Positions 20,715 to 32,525 of a stretch of 40,203 nucleotides of DNA are shown in pieces. The position numbers were made by a program, and so were the translations under genes. The stretch covers positions 104,876,467 to 104,916,669 of the forward strand of contig NC_068987.1 of NCBI RefSeq assembly GCF_001194135.2, in the 5' to 3' direction. Below the pieces are notes generated by a model. It had not been told where the DNA came from. It was given only the letters and a program-made list of their open reading frames with translations, and did not search any database. The stretch comes from Octopus bimaculoides (taxonomy: Eukaryota). The first letter of the stretch is position 1. Each line of letters opens with the position of its first letter.

Positions 20715-20985
20715 TGTAATATCAGCTACAGATGAAGTGAACCCAAACTCAATGAATGGCTCCAAAAGAGTTTCCAGAAATTCTCTTGAAGACCTACAAA
20801 ACTGTTCTCGCAAAACTACTCCAGATACTTGAGGAAGTTTCCTTGCATTTGTTAAGTTCTTAAAAGGCTGGAATAAGTCGTAGTATGTCCGATCCATAAA
20901 GGAAGAAGTAGAGCAGATGCTAAAAAGTACAAGCATATTTTTCTGACTTAACGTATCAGCAAAATCATGGAACGAATTAAACAAA
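20715..20985 (+). mobile_element. CR1-like RT N-terminal fragment, heavily degraded
   Basis: Frameshifted translation ..DEVNP..CPIHKGRSRADAKKYKHI..ISKIMERI resembles PIxK.G.R....NYRPISLTS..K.MERI. Confidence 0.7.
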
Positions 20986-20993
20986 TTATAGGC

Positions 20994-21044
20994 GGAACCA
21001 TGTGGTTGGTAAGCAAGCTACTTACCACACAGCCACTCCTGCGT
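20994..21044 (-). mobile_element. SINE family C head fragment, about 50 bp
   Basis: Reverse: CGCAGGAGTGGCTGTGTGGTAAGTAGCTTGCTTACCAACCACATGGTTCC. Confidence 0.85.
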
Positions 21045-21184
21045 TTATATGTAAATTTATATCGCAGATTCCTCAGTATATCCAGTTTTCTGCGGCCGAT
21101 AGATATTTATATTATTTTTAGAAATTCAATTATTTCTGTGTGAGGTTTTGGAACGTAACATCTGCGATAGTCGAGGGATTATTG
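21045..21184 (-). mobile_element. Internally deleted copy of the Tigger-like element at 14390
   Basis: GGAACGTAACATCTGCGATAGTCGAGGGATTATTG is the reverse complement of the 14390 left end. It is joined directly to the reverse complement of 15100-15190. Confidence 0.8.
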
Positions 21185-21277
21185 CATATCTCTTTCGCTC
21201 TGCGTGTTTGTGTTACTTTGGCCATCCCTTTCTGCAATACAAATAAGTCATTTCATTTACAGACCCGTATTTTTTAC

Positions 21278-21343
21278 TTTTATTGCCTCCACCTTCGCTA
21301 AGGCGGAGGTATTGTTTTTCAGTGGTGTTTGTCCGTGGACAAG
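21278..21343 (+). mobile_element. Probable end of a Helentron/DINE-like non-autonomous element, running into a gap
   Basis: TTATTGCCTCCACCTT-CGCT-AAGGCGGAGG short hairpin followed by TATTGTTTTCAGT..TTTGTCCGT. It resembles TTATTACCTCCGCC..GGAGG..ATGTTTT ends from memory. Confidence 0.45.
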
Positions 21344-22161
21344 NNNNNNNNNNNNNNNNNNNNNNNNNNNNNNNNNNNNNNNNNNNNNNNNNNNNNNNNN
21401 NNNNNNNNNNNNNNNNNNNNNNNNNNNNNNNNNNNNNNNNNNNNNNNNNNNNNNNNNNNNNNNNNNNNNNNNNNNNNNNNNNNNNNNNNNNNNNNNNNNN
21501 NNNNNNNNNNNNNNNNNNNNNNNNNNNNNNNNNNNNNNNNNNNNNNNNNNNNNNNNNNNNNNNNNNNNNNNNNNNNNNNNNNNNNNNNNNNNNNNNNNNN
21601 NNNNNNNNNNNNNNNNNNNNNNNNNNNNNNNNNNNNNNNNNNNNNNNNNNNNNNNNNNNNNNNNNNNNNNNNNNNNNNNNNNNNNNNNNNNNNNNNNNNN
21701 NNNNNNNNNNNNNNNNNNNNNNNNNNNNNNNNNNNNNNNNNNNNNNNNNNNNNNNNNNNNNNNNNNNNNNNNNNNNNNNNNNNNNNNNNNNNNNNNNNNN
21801 NNNNNNNNNNNNNNNNNNNNNNNNNNNNNNNNNNNNNNNNNNNNNNNNNNNNNNNNNNNNNNNNNNNNNNNNNNNNNNNNNNNNNNNNNNNNNNNNNNNN
21901 NNNNNNNNNNNNNNNNNNNNNNNNNNNNNNNNNNNNNNNNNNNNNNNNNNNNNNNNNNNNNNNNNNNNNNNNNNNNNNNNNNNNNNNNNNNNNNNNNNNN
22001 NNNNNNNNNNNNNNNNNNNNNNNNNNNNNNNNNNNNNNNNNNNNNNNNNNNNNNNNNNNNNNNNNNNNNNNNNNNNNNNNNNNNNNNNNNNNNNNNNNNN
22101 NNNNNNNNNNNNNNNNNNNNNNNNNNNNNNNNNNNNNNNNNNNNNNNNNNNNNNNNNNNNN

Positions 22162-22644
<483 letters not shown>

Positions 22645-22645
<1 letters not shown>

Positions 22646-22752
22646 CGCACATATACATACATACATACATACAAAAATACCTTGTTGTTGATGTTGAAAT
22701 TCCAATGAAGGAGCCTTGGATCTAGGTTAGAAACCGGCTCTTTCTCTATAGG
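22645..22752 (+). mobile_element. R4/Dong-like LINE family 2, 3' UTR fragment
   Basis: AAAAATACCTTGTTGTTGATGTTGAAATTCCAATGAAGGAGCCTTGGATCTAGGTTAGAAACCGGCTCTTT matches the 3' UTR following the RLE ORF at 29452-29660 (minus) and 27870-27940. Confidence 0.85.
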
Positions 22753-22781
22753 CATACATACATACATATATAAGGACTACG

Positions 22782-24939
22782 GAAGGTCAGACTGATATAC
22801 CACATTGGCATGCTACAGCAAGGACAAATCTTGTTGCCAAAAATGAAATCACCGAGATGGCAGTAAACTACAACCCATTGCTTGCCTAAACATTGTGTAC
22901 AAACTGTACACAAGTTGCGTCAACCAATTCCTCCAGGACCATTGTGAGTCGAACAACATTGTGACTGATGAACAGGCTGGTGGAAAGAAGGGAGTGTGGG
23001 GATGTGCCGAACAACTTTTAATAAACAAAGCTGTACTGTCTGAAGTAAGAAAACAACGTAGAGGCCTTGTGACAGTATGGCTTAACTATAAGAAGGCATT
23101 CGACTCTATCGCTCATTCATGGCTTTTGAAGTGCCTACATCTGGCAAAGGTACCGACTACCTTAATTGCTGCTATAGAGAGACTCACAAAGACATGGACA
23201 GCTATTCTTACCCTTACAGCTGAGAACAGAATAATTGTTTCTAATAGTGTAGACATTACAAAGGGAATATTCCGGGGAGATAGTCTTTCTGTACTTCTTT
23301 TCATTTTGGCACTGAATCCATTATCGTTCCTACTGCAGAAAACAAATGGTTACATGCTAGGATCTTCAGCTGCCAGAAATATCAATGAAACTCATAATTT
23401 CTTTGTAGACGACCTGAAAATTTATGCTAAAATTGTTAACAATGCCAAAAAACAACTGGAATTAATAACATTTTCAGCCAAAAGAAATGCTCATATTTGG
23501 TTATAGAACGAGTCCCCCAAACCCAAAACATGTGCACCAACATTCTCTCTATCTCCCCCATTCCACACAAGGAATGTTACAAGTACCTAGGCACAGACGA
23601 AAATGTATCATGTGGAGGCACTGTGAATAAAGATAGAGAGACCCGAGAATATTACACCAGACTTAGGAAAACATGGCAGTTGGAACTCTCCTCTTACAAC
23701 AAAATAATATCCCACAGTGCATTTGCAATATCGGTGTTGATCCCAACATTTGAGATACTTGATTGGTCTGTAGACGAAATCCACTCCATAGATATCAAAA
23801 TCTGCAAATCCTGACAACAACTGGGAACTTCCACAGGAATATTGATGTTGACAGGCTTTAAGAAGAAATGAAGGTAGTAGAGGCCTGAGATCAATGCAGA
23901 CGGCCTTCGAATACCATATGGTATCACTCAGGCAGCACCTGCTAAACAACAGCAGCAAAAAGAAATATATAAATGCAGTGCTGAAAAGTGAAGTGAGCAA
24001 CATTGTACGAGTTGGCAGTGAACACCTCAAGAAACACTCTCATCCTTATGATCTCCTACACAGACCCCAAACAGCTGGACTCTTTTACCTCAGAGAAGAC
24101 CTGGATGGAAAGCACTCAGCATACAAAAAAAGACCATGCATGGGTACGTTGCCCGGAAGCTTGAAGAAGACAGTACAATTGACACGAAGCGCAGCCTCTC
24201 TTGAACAACAAGACCACTACATCACATCACACTTTGAAGGCCATGCGTTTGCAATCCAGGAACAGGAGATTGCCACGACGTACCTGATGAACAAGAGAGA
24301 CAGTGGTGCTCTTGTAATCCCAAGGTGCAACCGCATGTGTAGGCTGTGTCATGTTTCTGTGGAAGACATTACGCATGTGATTAGCTGCTGTCCTAAAATG
24401 TCGTCACGGTACTACCTCTCTTTGCGGCATCATATTGTTGCTAAAACAATTTACAATACCATTCGCAAAAACAGACTGTCCTGAAATAAACTTAGAAAAT
24501 CCCTCTGTTATGGAATACATTCATAGACACCAACTCAAGGAATACTGATGGAGTATTCCCATCAAAACGTCTGTCAAATGTAAGCATAACACGCCGGATA
24601 TTGTTTGGGACAGAGGCAAAGGTATGTACCATCATAGAGGTTGGCTGCCCTGCAGATATAAATATCTCTTTGAAAATCAAAGGAAAAGAGGATATCTATG
24701 GACAACTGCTTTGAAACCTCCAGTTTCTACATCTAGACTATGAATTCATATTCGTACCAATATTAATATGAGCACTAGGTTTTGTTAGTAAATGCTAAGG
24801 AGAACCTGGATTAACTTGGATTTTCAGAAAGAGAAATTGACCGGCTGATTTGTACAGTACAAGTCCAATCTGTGAGTGGAACAGTAAAAATATACAAGAC
24901 TTTCTCAAGTTCCAAATGTGAATTTGTCTGTGTTAACTA
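22782..24939 (+). mobile_element. 5'-truncated R4/Dong-like non-LTR retrotransposon (RT + CCHC + RLE), family 1, degraded
   Basis: RT: NY.PIACLNIVYKLYT..EQAGGKKGVWGCAEQLLINK..YKKAFDSIAHSWL..GIFRGDSLSVLLFILALNPLS..FVDDLKIY..YKYLG. Knuckle: CRLCHVSVEDITHVISCC. RLE: KHNTPDI..IIEVGCPAD..GTVKIYKTF. Several frameshifts and stops. CATACATACATACATA flanks both sides (22753-22768, 24940-24955). Confidence 0.93.
22895..23506 (+). pseudogene. Reverse transcriptase core of the R4/Dong-like element
   Basis: ORF track 22895-23506 carries the KAFDS, GIFxGDSLS and VDD motifs. Confidence 0.92.
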
Positions 24940-25039
24940 CATACATACATACATAAGTGCAAATTGCATGTATACTTCGTTGATGTCCAAATTACAATAA
25001 AAGAGTCTTGTTTCTACCTTAAAAATCATCTTCCTTCAT

Positions 25040-25418
25040 TTTCTTTTATTTGTATCTTCTTTCAGTCATGGGACTGTGACCATGCTGAGGCACCAGTTTA
25101 TCGGGGTTTAGTCGAACAAATTGACCCAGTACTTATTATTTGTAAATCTGGTACTTATTCTATCGGTATCTTTTGCTAAACTGCTAATTTACAGTGACCT
25201 AAACAAACTAACACTGATTGTGGGATAAACACCCATACATACACACACACACACACATAAAGACATGCTACGCAGTTTCTGTCTGCGAAATTCACTCGCA
25301 AGGCATTGGTTGACTCGGTGTTATAATAGAAAACTCTTGCCCCCGTAACATGCAGTGGGATTGTACCCAAAGCCACGTGACTGTTAAGCGAGTTCCACAA
25401 CACACGGCCATGTCTGTG
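25040..25418 (-). mobile_element. SINE family C, full length with short internal (CA)n
   Basis: TTTCAGTCAT..CCATGCTGAGGCACC..TACTTATTCTATCGGTATCTTTTGC 3' half; short CA tract at 25215-25255; head ending CACACGGCCATG. Confidence 0.85.
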
Positions 25419-25604
25419 ATTAAGAAATTTGGGTAAAAAAATCAAAAAACCAAAAAAAACACATACCTACAAATAGACATATATACAAAAGATTTGAGAT
25501 AGTAAAAAAAAAACTATATAAAATGCGATGTATATGAAAGTTTATTTTATTTATTAATTTTATTATATTTTTTTTGGGGGGGGGGCGTTATATATACCAG
25601 AAGC

Positions 25605-25659
<55 letters not shown>

Positions 25660-26080
25660 ATATGAAATCGAGAATGGTGGGTTTGTGCATGTGTGAGGAA
25701 CGTTTGTATCAAATAAAGGGACAACGGACCAGTAGTGATCTCTTGTATAGCTATTTGTATAATGTTGACATCGAAAATAGGAGATCGTGACGTTTATGGT
25801 CAGGTGACATTGACTCTGCGGAGGTATTATTCTCAATGGGAAATATTTGCTTGTAATTTTATTACTATTGAAAACAGAAAGTGTAAAACAACTGCGTACC
25901 AGATTTTACATTCTCAATAAAACATACACATATTCATGTAAACATACATACATACATACATACATACATACATACATACATACACACGTACGCGCACACA
26001 TACATACATACATACATATATATATACATACATACATACGCACGTACGCGCGCACACATACAGAGACATGCATAAATGCA
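25605..26080. repeat. (TA)n and (TACA)n microsatellites (25605-25660, 25920-26080)
   Basis: Direct reading. Confidence 0.85.
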
Positions 26081-27136
26081 TACATAATTTTGTCTTGGTA
26101 GTATTTCGGAAATGACTGGGCCTCCTGCAAAGTGGGTCAGACTTTCACTGTAAAGCTGAACTTGTTAATGTAATATTTAGTGACCTAGTCCACAGTATTT
26201 TCATTGTATTTTAACAATGGATAAATGGCGCTGCTTACTAGCTCCTTACTTAAGAATAATGGTAGTCTTATATCCCTAACAAGACAAACTATCATTGTGT
26301 TTTATATTTCCTCTCCTTTCTTCCTTTTTATTGGTTGTCAGTTTGGCAAACAATTCAAAATATTACATAAGCTGTCGATTTGAATAAGAATTTCGAATAT
26401 GAATTATATATAACCGATGTAAATGTTAGTGACATGTTAAATACGAAGTAGGTTCTGGTTAATATTATATTAGTGACCTTAGAAAAGAAATGAGTGTTAA
26501 TGATGAAATACAGAGTTCACATAATAGTACTAAAATAGGGTTAGCGAGAAAAACTGGAAGTGTAATTCTTACTTTAACTTTGAAGTAAAGGCCATTTTGT
26601 CGTTCACAATATATTACTTGCAAACTGTGCTGCCGCTACATACTAGGCAAATGCTTTGATTGTTAAAATCTGGAAGCGCCTCATAAATTCTGAGCGACCT
26701 AAGTTTGTTGTTAACGTCATAAGAATTTATAAACTTTCAAGAGCGAACGTGAAATAATTCTTTTTTGAAACAATGGATCTTGAAGTACACATTAAAATAT
26801 AAATAATAGCATGTAAATATTGGGTAGAAAAACCCGTGTACTTCCAGAGCTATTGTTCAATAAAGGTCTTTTTTAATCAAACTAAAAACACGAAATCTCA
26901 TATAAAAAGAAAACGAGGAAAGGAAAAAGGGTCTTGGGGTCTTATGATTTGTCAAATGGTTTCGCATTTAAGACCCTTAAAATTTTGCCAGAGGACTGAT
27001 GTTTTCGTCAATATGTTTGATACTAATGATATACATTTCTTGTTCGAGTGTTAATTTTAATTTTTCAATTGCATTTTCTGTTTGTATTAAAAGGGTGACG
27101 CCTAGTAGAATTTATAAAAAACAAAAAGTTGTTGAT

Positions 27137-27352
27137 GGGTCGCACATTGTAGGGCTAGGATAAGGAGCGCACATTCTAGAACTGGGAAAAGGGAAGGACA
27201 TTGTTAGGCTGGAAGAAGGGGTGCATGTTATACGGCTGGAGAAGGGGTGCATATTGTAGGGTTAAGAGAATCGATCACAGAGTAGTGGACTAAGAGAAAA
27301 AGGTCACACATTGAAGAGCTGGGAGAAAGGGGTGCACTACTAGGGATGAGAA
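27137..27352. repeat. Degenerate minisatellite, about 27-bp unit x 8 (consensus near GGGGTGCACATTGTAGGGCTGGAAGAA)
   Basis: Units start at 27137, 27164, 27191, 27218 and 27244, followed by more diverged units. Confidence 0.75.
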
Positions 27353-27643
27353 TGCTAATTCGAAGAATACACATCCAATTCATCACTGGAACTGTAAAAA
27401 TCTGTGAAACTTTCCAGAAGTTTATCATTTAAATATATATGACCTTGTCTAGATGAGCAAATATATGCATCAGAAACATACATAAAGCAAAACATACAAA
27501 TCTGCACACATACATGCATACATACATACATACATACATACATACATACATACATACATACATACGTACATACATACAGACATACATACATACATACATA
27601 CATACAAAAATACCTTGTTGTAGATGTTGAAATCCCAATGATC
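27353..27643 (+). mobile_element. R4/Dong-like family 2, very short 5'-truncated copy (RLE end + partial 3' UTR with expanded TACA tract)
   Basis: GCTAATTCGAAGAATACACATCCAATTCATCACTGGAACTGTAAAAATCTGTGAAACTTTCCAGAAG (LIRRIHIQFITGTVKICETFQK) matches the reverse complement of 29660-29740. Confidence 0.88.
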
Positions 27644-27980
27644 TTGAGAAATAAGGCTTCTTAAAACCAGAAAGGAGAAAGCTGATTCGAAGATTACAGA
27701 TCCAAGTCATCGCTGGAACTGTAAAAATCTGTAAAACTTTCCAGAAGTTTATTATTTAAGTATATAGGAGCACGTCTCGACATGCAACTGTATGCATGAG
27801 GATACATAAGACAAAAATAAAAATCTGCACATATACATACATACATATATACATACATACATTCATACAAAAATACCCTGCTTATGTTGTTGAAATTCCA
27901 ATGAAGGAGTCTAGGATCTAGGTTAGAAACCGGCTCTTTCTTCATTGGCAAGAAATTTTGAAATAAAACCGAATAATGAC
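27644..27980 (+). mobile_element. R4/Dong-like family 2, second tandem 5'-truncated copy with complete 3' UTR
   Basis: ..GGAGAAAGCTGATTCGAAGATTACAGATCCAAGTCATCGCTGGAACTGTAAAAATCTGTAAAACTTTCCAGAAG..GATCTAGGTTAGAAACCGGCTC..AATGAC, followed by ATGCATACAT. Confidence 0.88.
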
Positions 27981-28259
27981 ATGCATACATGAGTATGTGT
28001 GTTTATGTATATAAACGCACATACAACATACAGTAACACCAAGCAAGGATTTTAAATGATGTTTTGTGATAGAGAATTTACTCTAATGGTGAGTTGTTAT
28101 GGGCTAAAACATACTCAAGTATCAGACAGGTATTTCTGAATGAAATTCATTTAAGTACAGTTTCAGAATATACGATCGAATTATTTTTTGGTTGGTTCGG
28201 GATGATGTTTTTCCACTCCCATTCCACAAATATGCAATCACATGTCAAGCACAAACACG

Positions 28260-28544
28260 TATGTATGTATGTATGTATGTATGTATGTATGTATGTATTT
28301 GTGGCTATTGGGTTGTTTTGAATCTTTTTTCTAGCAATGCCTTTAGGTTGTTTATATATATAGGTAGACACATACATATATGTATATATATATATATNNN
28401 NNNNNNNNNNNNNNNNNNNNNNNNNNNNNNNNNNNNNNNNNNNNNNNNNNNNNNNNNNNNNNNNNNNNNNNNNNNNNNNNNNNNNNNNNNNNNNNNNNNN
28501 NNNNNNNNNNNNNNNNNNNNNNNNNNNNNNNNNNNNNNNNNNNN

Positions 28545-28617
<73 letters not shown>

Positions 28618-28632
28618 AAGAGAGAGAGAGAG
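28260..28632. repeat. (TATG)n, (TA)n and (GA)n tracts around gap 28398-28544
   Basis: Direct reading. Confidence 0.9.
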
Positions 28633-29451
28633 GAGGTTTAGAGAAAGGTTAATATAGTTAATTAATAAACATTAACACGAGATATTCAAGTTTAAATTTT
28701 TCAAGATGTGTACCTGATGTTCCAAATATTTTAAAATATGTACCAGTCTGTTTTGTATGTGTTTGAGAATATTTATTTCATTCGTGTACGCGCTCTTCCG
28801 TCTGATAGTAAGTATATGTATTTTGTATTAAGTTATTTATTTATATGAAAATAATTTGTTAACATGTAAACTGAAGTATAAATTGTCTACCTTTTCTGGA
28901 GAGATGTAATTTATATGCACTAATTCATATGTACTTCTACAAAACTTAGCGACAGCGATTGGCATAGCTAAACGTATTATAATGAAATATGAGATTTAAA
29001 ACATAAGAAATTATTTAACGTTAGCGTTCCTTGAATTGGATTCAAAGAAATATTTGCTCGAAGACACAAATGCATATCCAGCAATATGCACCACTTAATT
29101 CTATTTTAATATATAACAGTAATAAAACATCCAAGTTTATATAGAAGTATTTATTGCAGCCTAATTAACTAAGTATTTATATAAAACATAATCTTAAAAT
29201 ACGTACTTACGAAAACATATAATTTAAAGACACCTACAATTATACATAAACCTGTAAATATCCAAATACACACGCACATGCACACTCACACACATACACG
29301 AATATACATATACATATATACATATACATATATATATATACATATATACATATACATATATATACATATACATATGATATATACGCACACATATATTGCA
29401 TGTACATGTATGTATGCACGTATGTATGTATGTATGTATGCATGTATGTAT

Positions 29452-30480
29452 GTCATTGTTCAGTTTAATTTCAAGATTTTTTTGCAATAAAGAGTCGGTT
29501 TTTAACCTAGATCCAAGAACCCTTCATTGGAATTTCAACATCAACAACAAGGTAATTTTGTTTGTTTGTATGTCTGTGTGCAGATTTGTATGTTTTGCTT
29601 TATGTATGCATTCTCATGTATATAGTTGCATATCTAGACAAGGTCATATATATTTAAATGATTAACTTCTGGAAAGTTTTACAGATTTTTACAGTTCCAA
29701 TGATGGATTGGATGTGTAATCTCCGAATTAGCTTTCTCCTTCCTGCTTTTGAGAAGTCTAATTTCTCAAGATTGGTGTTAGACAGTGCATTACATATCCC
29801 AGGGTCCCAATAGTTACAGGTGTAAACTTGAATTTGTAATCTGGATAGAGTAACTGCAGATTTCTCAATAGTTCAGCGTAGATATTCTCTTTTCATTGAT
29901 CTTCAGCTTTGTGTTAACATCCGCTTGGCAGCTAATTTCCACAACTGTGCACAGTTTTTCTTCTCTATCCCAAATCATTATATCAGGTCTGTTGTGCTTA
30001 CATTTTGTTGAGGTCTTTACTGGGACATTCCACCAGTATTCCTTTTTATTATGAGTGGCTACGGCTTCTACCATACTGTGGGTTCTTATTTTTTTGTCCT
30101 CGAGATCATCCTTCCGATAGATTTCATTATAGAACGTCCTAGCTACAACATCATGTCCCATCGGTAGATACAACCGTGATGACATTATCGGACAACCGCT
30201 TATGATGTAGGTGATATCTTCGGTGTGAACTCCACAAGTCTGCATCGGTTGTCACATTTTTCTGCTTCTCCCGCGACTCTATGTTTTTAGTATATCAGGT
30301 ATTTGGTTGATATTTTCTGTTCCTGGATTGCAAACGCATACCCTTTGAAGTGGAGGTAGTAATCCGGCTATTGGTCCATGATAGACTGCTTTGACAATTT
30401 CTCGTATTTATATGTTTGTTTATATTGAATTTTTGTCAACAGTTGGTTAACTACATCAGCTTTCATCTGAGTGAGGCACT
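29452..30480 (-). mobile_element. R4/Dong-like family 2, 5'-truncated (CCHC + RLE + 3' UTR), ending in (TACA)n at 29400-29451
   Basis: Minus strand: FKGYAFAIQEQKISTKYL..CRL.GVHTEDITYIISGC..WWNVPVKTSTKCKHNRPDIMIWDREEKLCTVVEISCQAD..ENIYAELLRNLQLLYPDYKF..IGTVKICKTFQKLII*. PD..E RLE motif. Confidence 0.92.
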
Positions 30481-30632
30481 CTTACGGAAATCCACTCGCT
30501 GTGTGTGTTTTTGCTTTTTTAAAAATCTGTTCCATCGTACTTCATGGACATTAATTTCTCTGCATTGCCGAACGCTGCAAGGAAGAGAGAAAGCATTGAA
30601 TCACTTTCACACACACACACTCTCTCTCTCTC

Positions 30633-30695
<63 letters not shown>

Positions 30696-30759
30696 AACAC
30701 ACACACACACACACACACAGAGCTGAATAACGTCAGCACACATACTAACAACAGCGTTC

Positions 30760-32241
30760 CCAGTAAGCAAGTGGGAAAGGAGAGCAAAAAGAATGAACAA
30801 ATATCTACTGCCACCACCACTGTCTCCACTAACACCACTACCACCACCACCACCACCACGAACAGACAAAGTAACTTTGCTTCAATTTTGAGGCAAAGAA
30901 AACGGGTTGTTTCATTTACGCCACAACAATTAATGGAAGCAAGACTCCTTTTATCTAAGGAGAGTAATACAATAAAACTAAACATACCACAACACATTTC
31001 AGAAAATATCAACGAAAAAACAATTATATACAAGACAATAAATTAAAAAACGAGAAAACCCGAAAACATAAATCAACAAATAATTGAAAAATGTTTAGGG
31101 CTCATACAGGCACATAAAAAATACATTACAAGGGGCAAAAGATTTTCCACAGTTGAAGTCAGTTTTGACTCAGAGGAGAAAACAAAAGCCTTTTCTACAG
31201 AATCACTTGAGTCTGATGAAATAGTAATGATCCCTACGTACCTAGGTCGATGGGTCACAAAAATCAAAATCAAAGATGTGCCCCCTAAAATTGAAGCACA
31301 AAGGCTGGTGTCAGCCATCTGTTATAATTTCGAAGAAGTTATTAACATCTGAGATATTGCCGTCCTCGATTAACAGAACTGGATAGAAGATAATACCAGA
31401 TTCGATAAAACCACCGGACGGTACCACCTTACATGTCGCCGTTGAAGGCAGAAGACCACGCTGTCACCTCTGTGACAGCAAAAACAACTTAAAAAATTGA
31501 CTGCACAATATTTAAGGAGCAACAACAAGAAAAACAACTACAGCAACAACAAGAAAACCGAAAACCAAAGAAAAAGACCCAGTATTGCTACCCACACCGC
31601 CATATGCACAGCTAATAAAACAGCTCTACCAACAAATGAAAGAGCGCCAACAAACAACAAGCCAGCCCAACCAAACGACACCACCATCAGCACCACCAAG
31701 AACAGAAACACCACCACCAACACCACCACCACCACCACCACCACAACCACCACAACCACCAAAAACAACAACTATAGAAGCACCAAAGGAAGAAGAGAAA
31801 AACAAAAGGACTCACACCCCACTCCCCAAAACCCATACACCACATCCTAACTGTCACCAACCAGCACCAACACCAACAGCAATCAAAATTAACACACTCA
31901 GAAACAACCCCCTCCCACTTTCTGATTCCTTCGACATGTCGTCCGATGAAGGCGACATGGAGGAATGGCAAGTGGCTACAGAGGGTAGAGAAAGGGGGAA
32001 AAAAAACATAGAGAAGCAAATAAGCAAAGCAGGGAGATTTACCACTTCCGAAACCAAAACACCCACACAAAACAAAAACATTAACACAAACACAGAAACG
32101 CACAATGAATTCACAATGTTGACAGCAATAAACACAAACAATTCAGACCTGATACAATACATTAGATCAAACACCAACATAACACTAGACAATGTGAAAA
32201 AAAAAACAATCACCTTCACACAACACCACCACAACACATAA
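30760..32241 (+). pseudogene. Degraded ORF1/gag-like region of a LINE (A/C-rich, ACC and AAC repeats)
   Basis: Broken reading: NFASILRQRK..STVEVSF..IPTYLGRWVTKIKIKDVPP..Q/P/T-rich linker..SSDEGDMEEWQVA..RGKK, typical of LINE ORF1 remnants. Membership in the downstream Tx1 copy is unproven because a (CT)n and a gap intervene. Confidence 0.55.
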
Positions 32242-32402
32242 AAATCCTACGCGTGACAGAACACACACACAATACACTGAAATGAAATCTCTCTATCCTA
32301 ATGCAGTAGGGAGATTACAAAAATATTAAAAATAAATGTACAAAAACCTCCTGACAGAAACTTGTGAGGAGGAGAACAACCAACTTTCGAACAATAAGTG
32401 AT

Positions 32403-32467
<65 letters not shown>

Positions 32468-32525
32468 NNNNNNNNNNTTCTTTTCCTTTTCCTTTCGTGT
32501 GTAAAACACAACTTTCGATAGGAAC

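Noticed and set aside
26102-26131. Possible 30-bp micro-exon YFGNDWASCK between AG and GTGGGT
   Set aside because: Poor polypyrimidine tract; such matches are expected by chance in 40 kb.
31585-32241. 218-aa Pro/Thr-rich ORF as a host mucin- or extensin-like gene
   Set aside because: It derives from ACC/AAC repeats within a stop-riddled LINE ORF1-like region.
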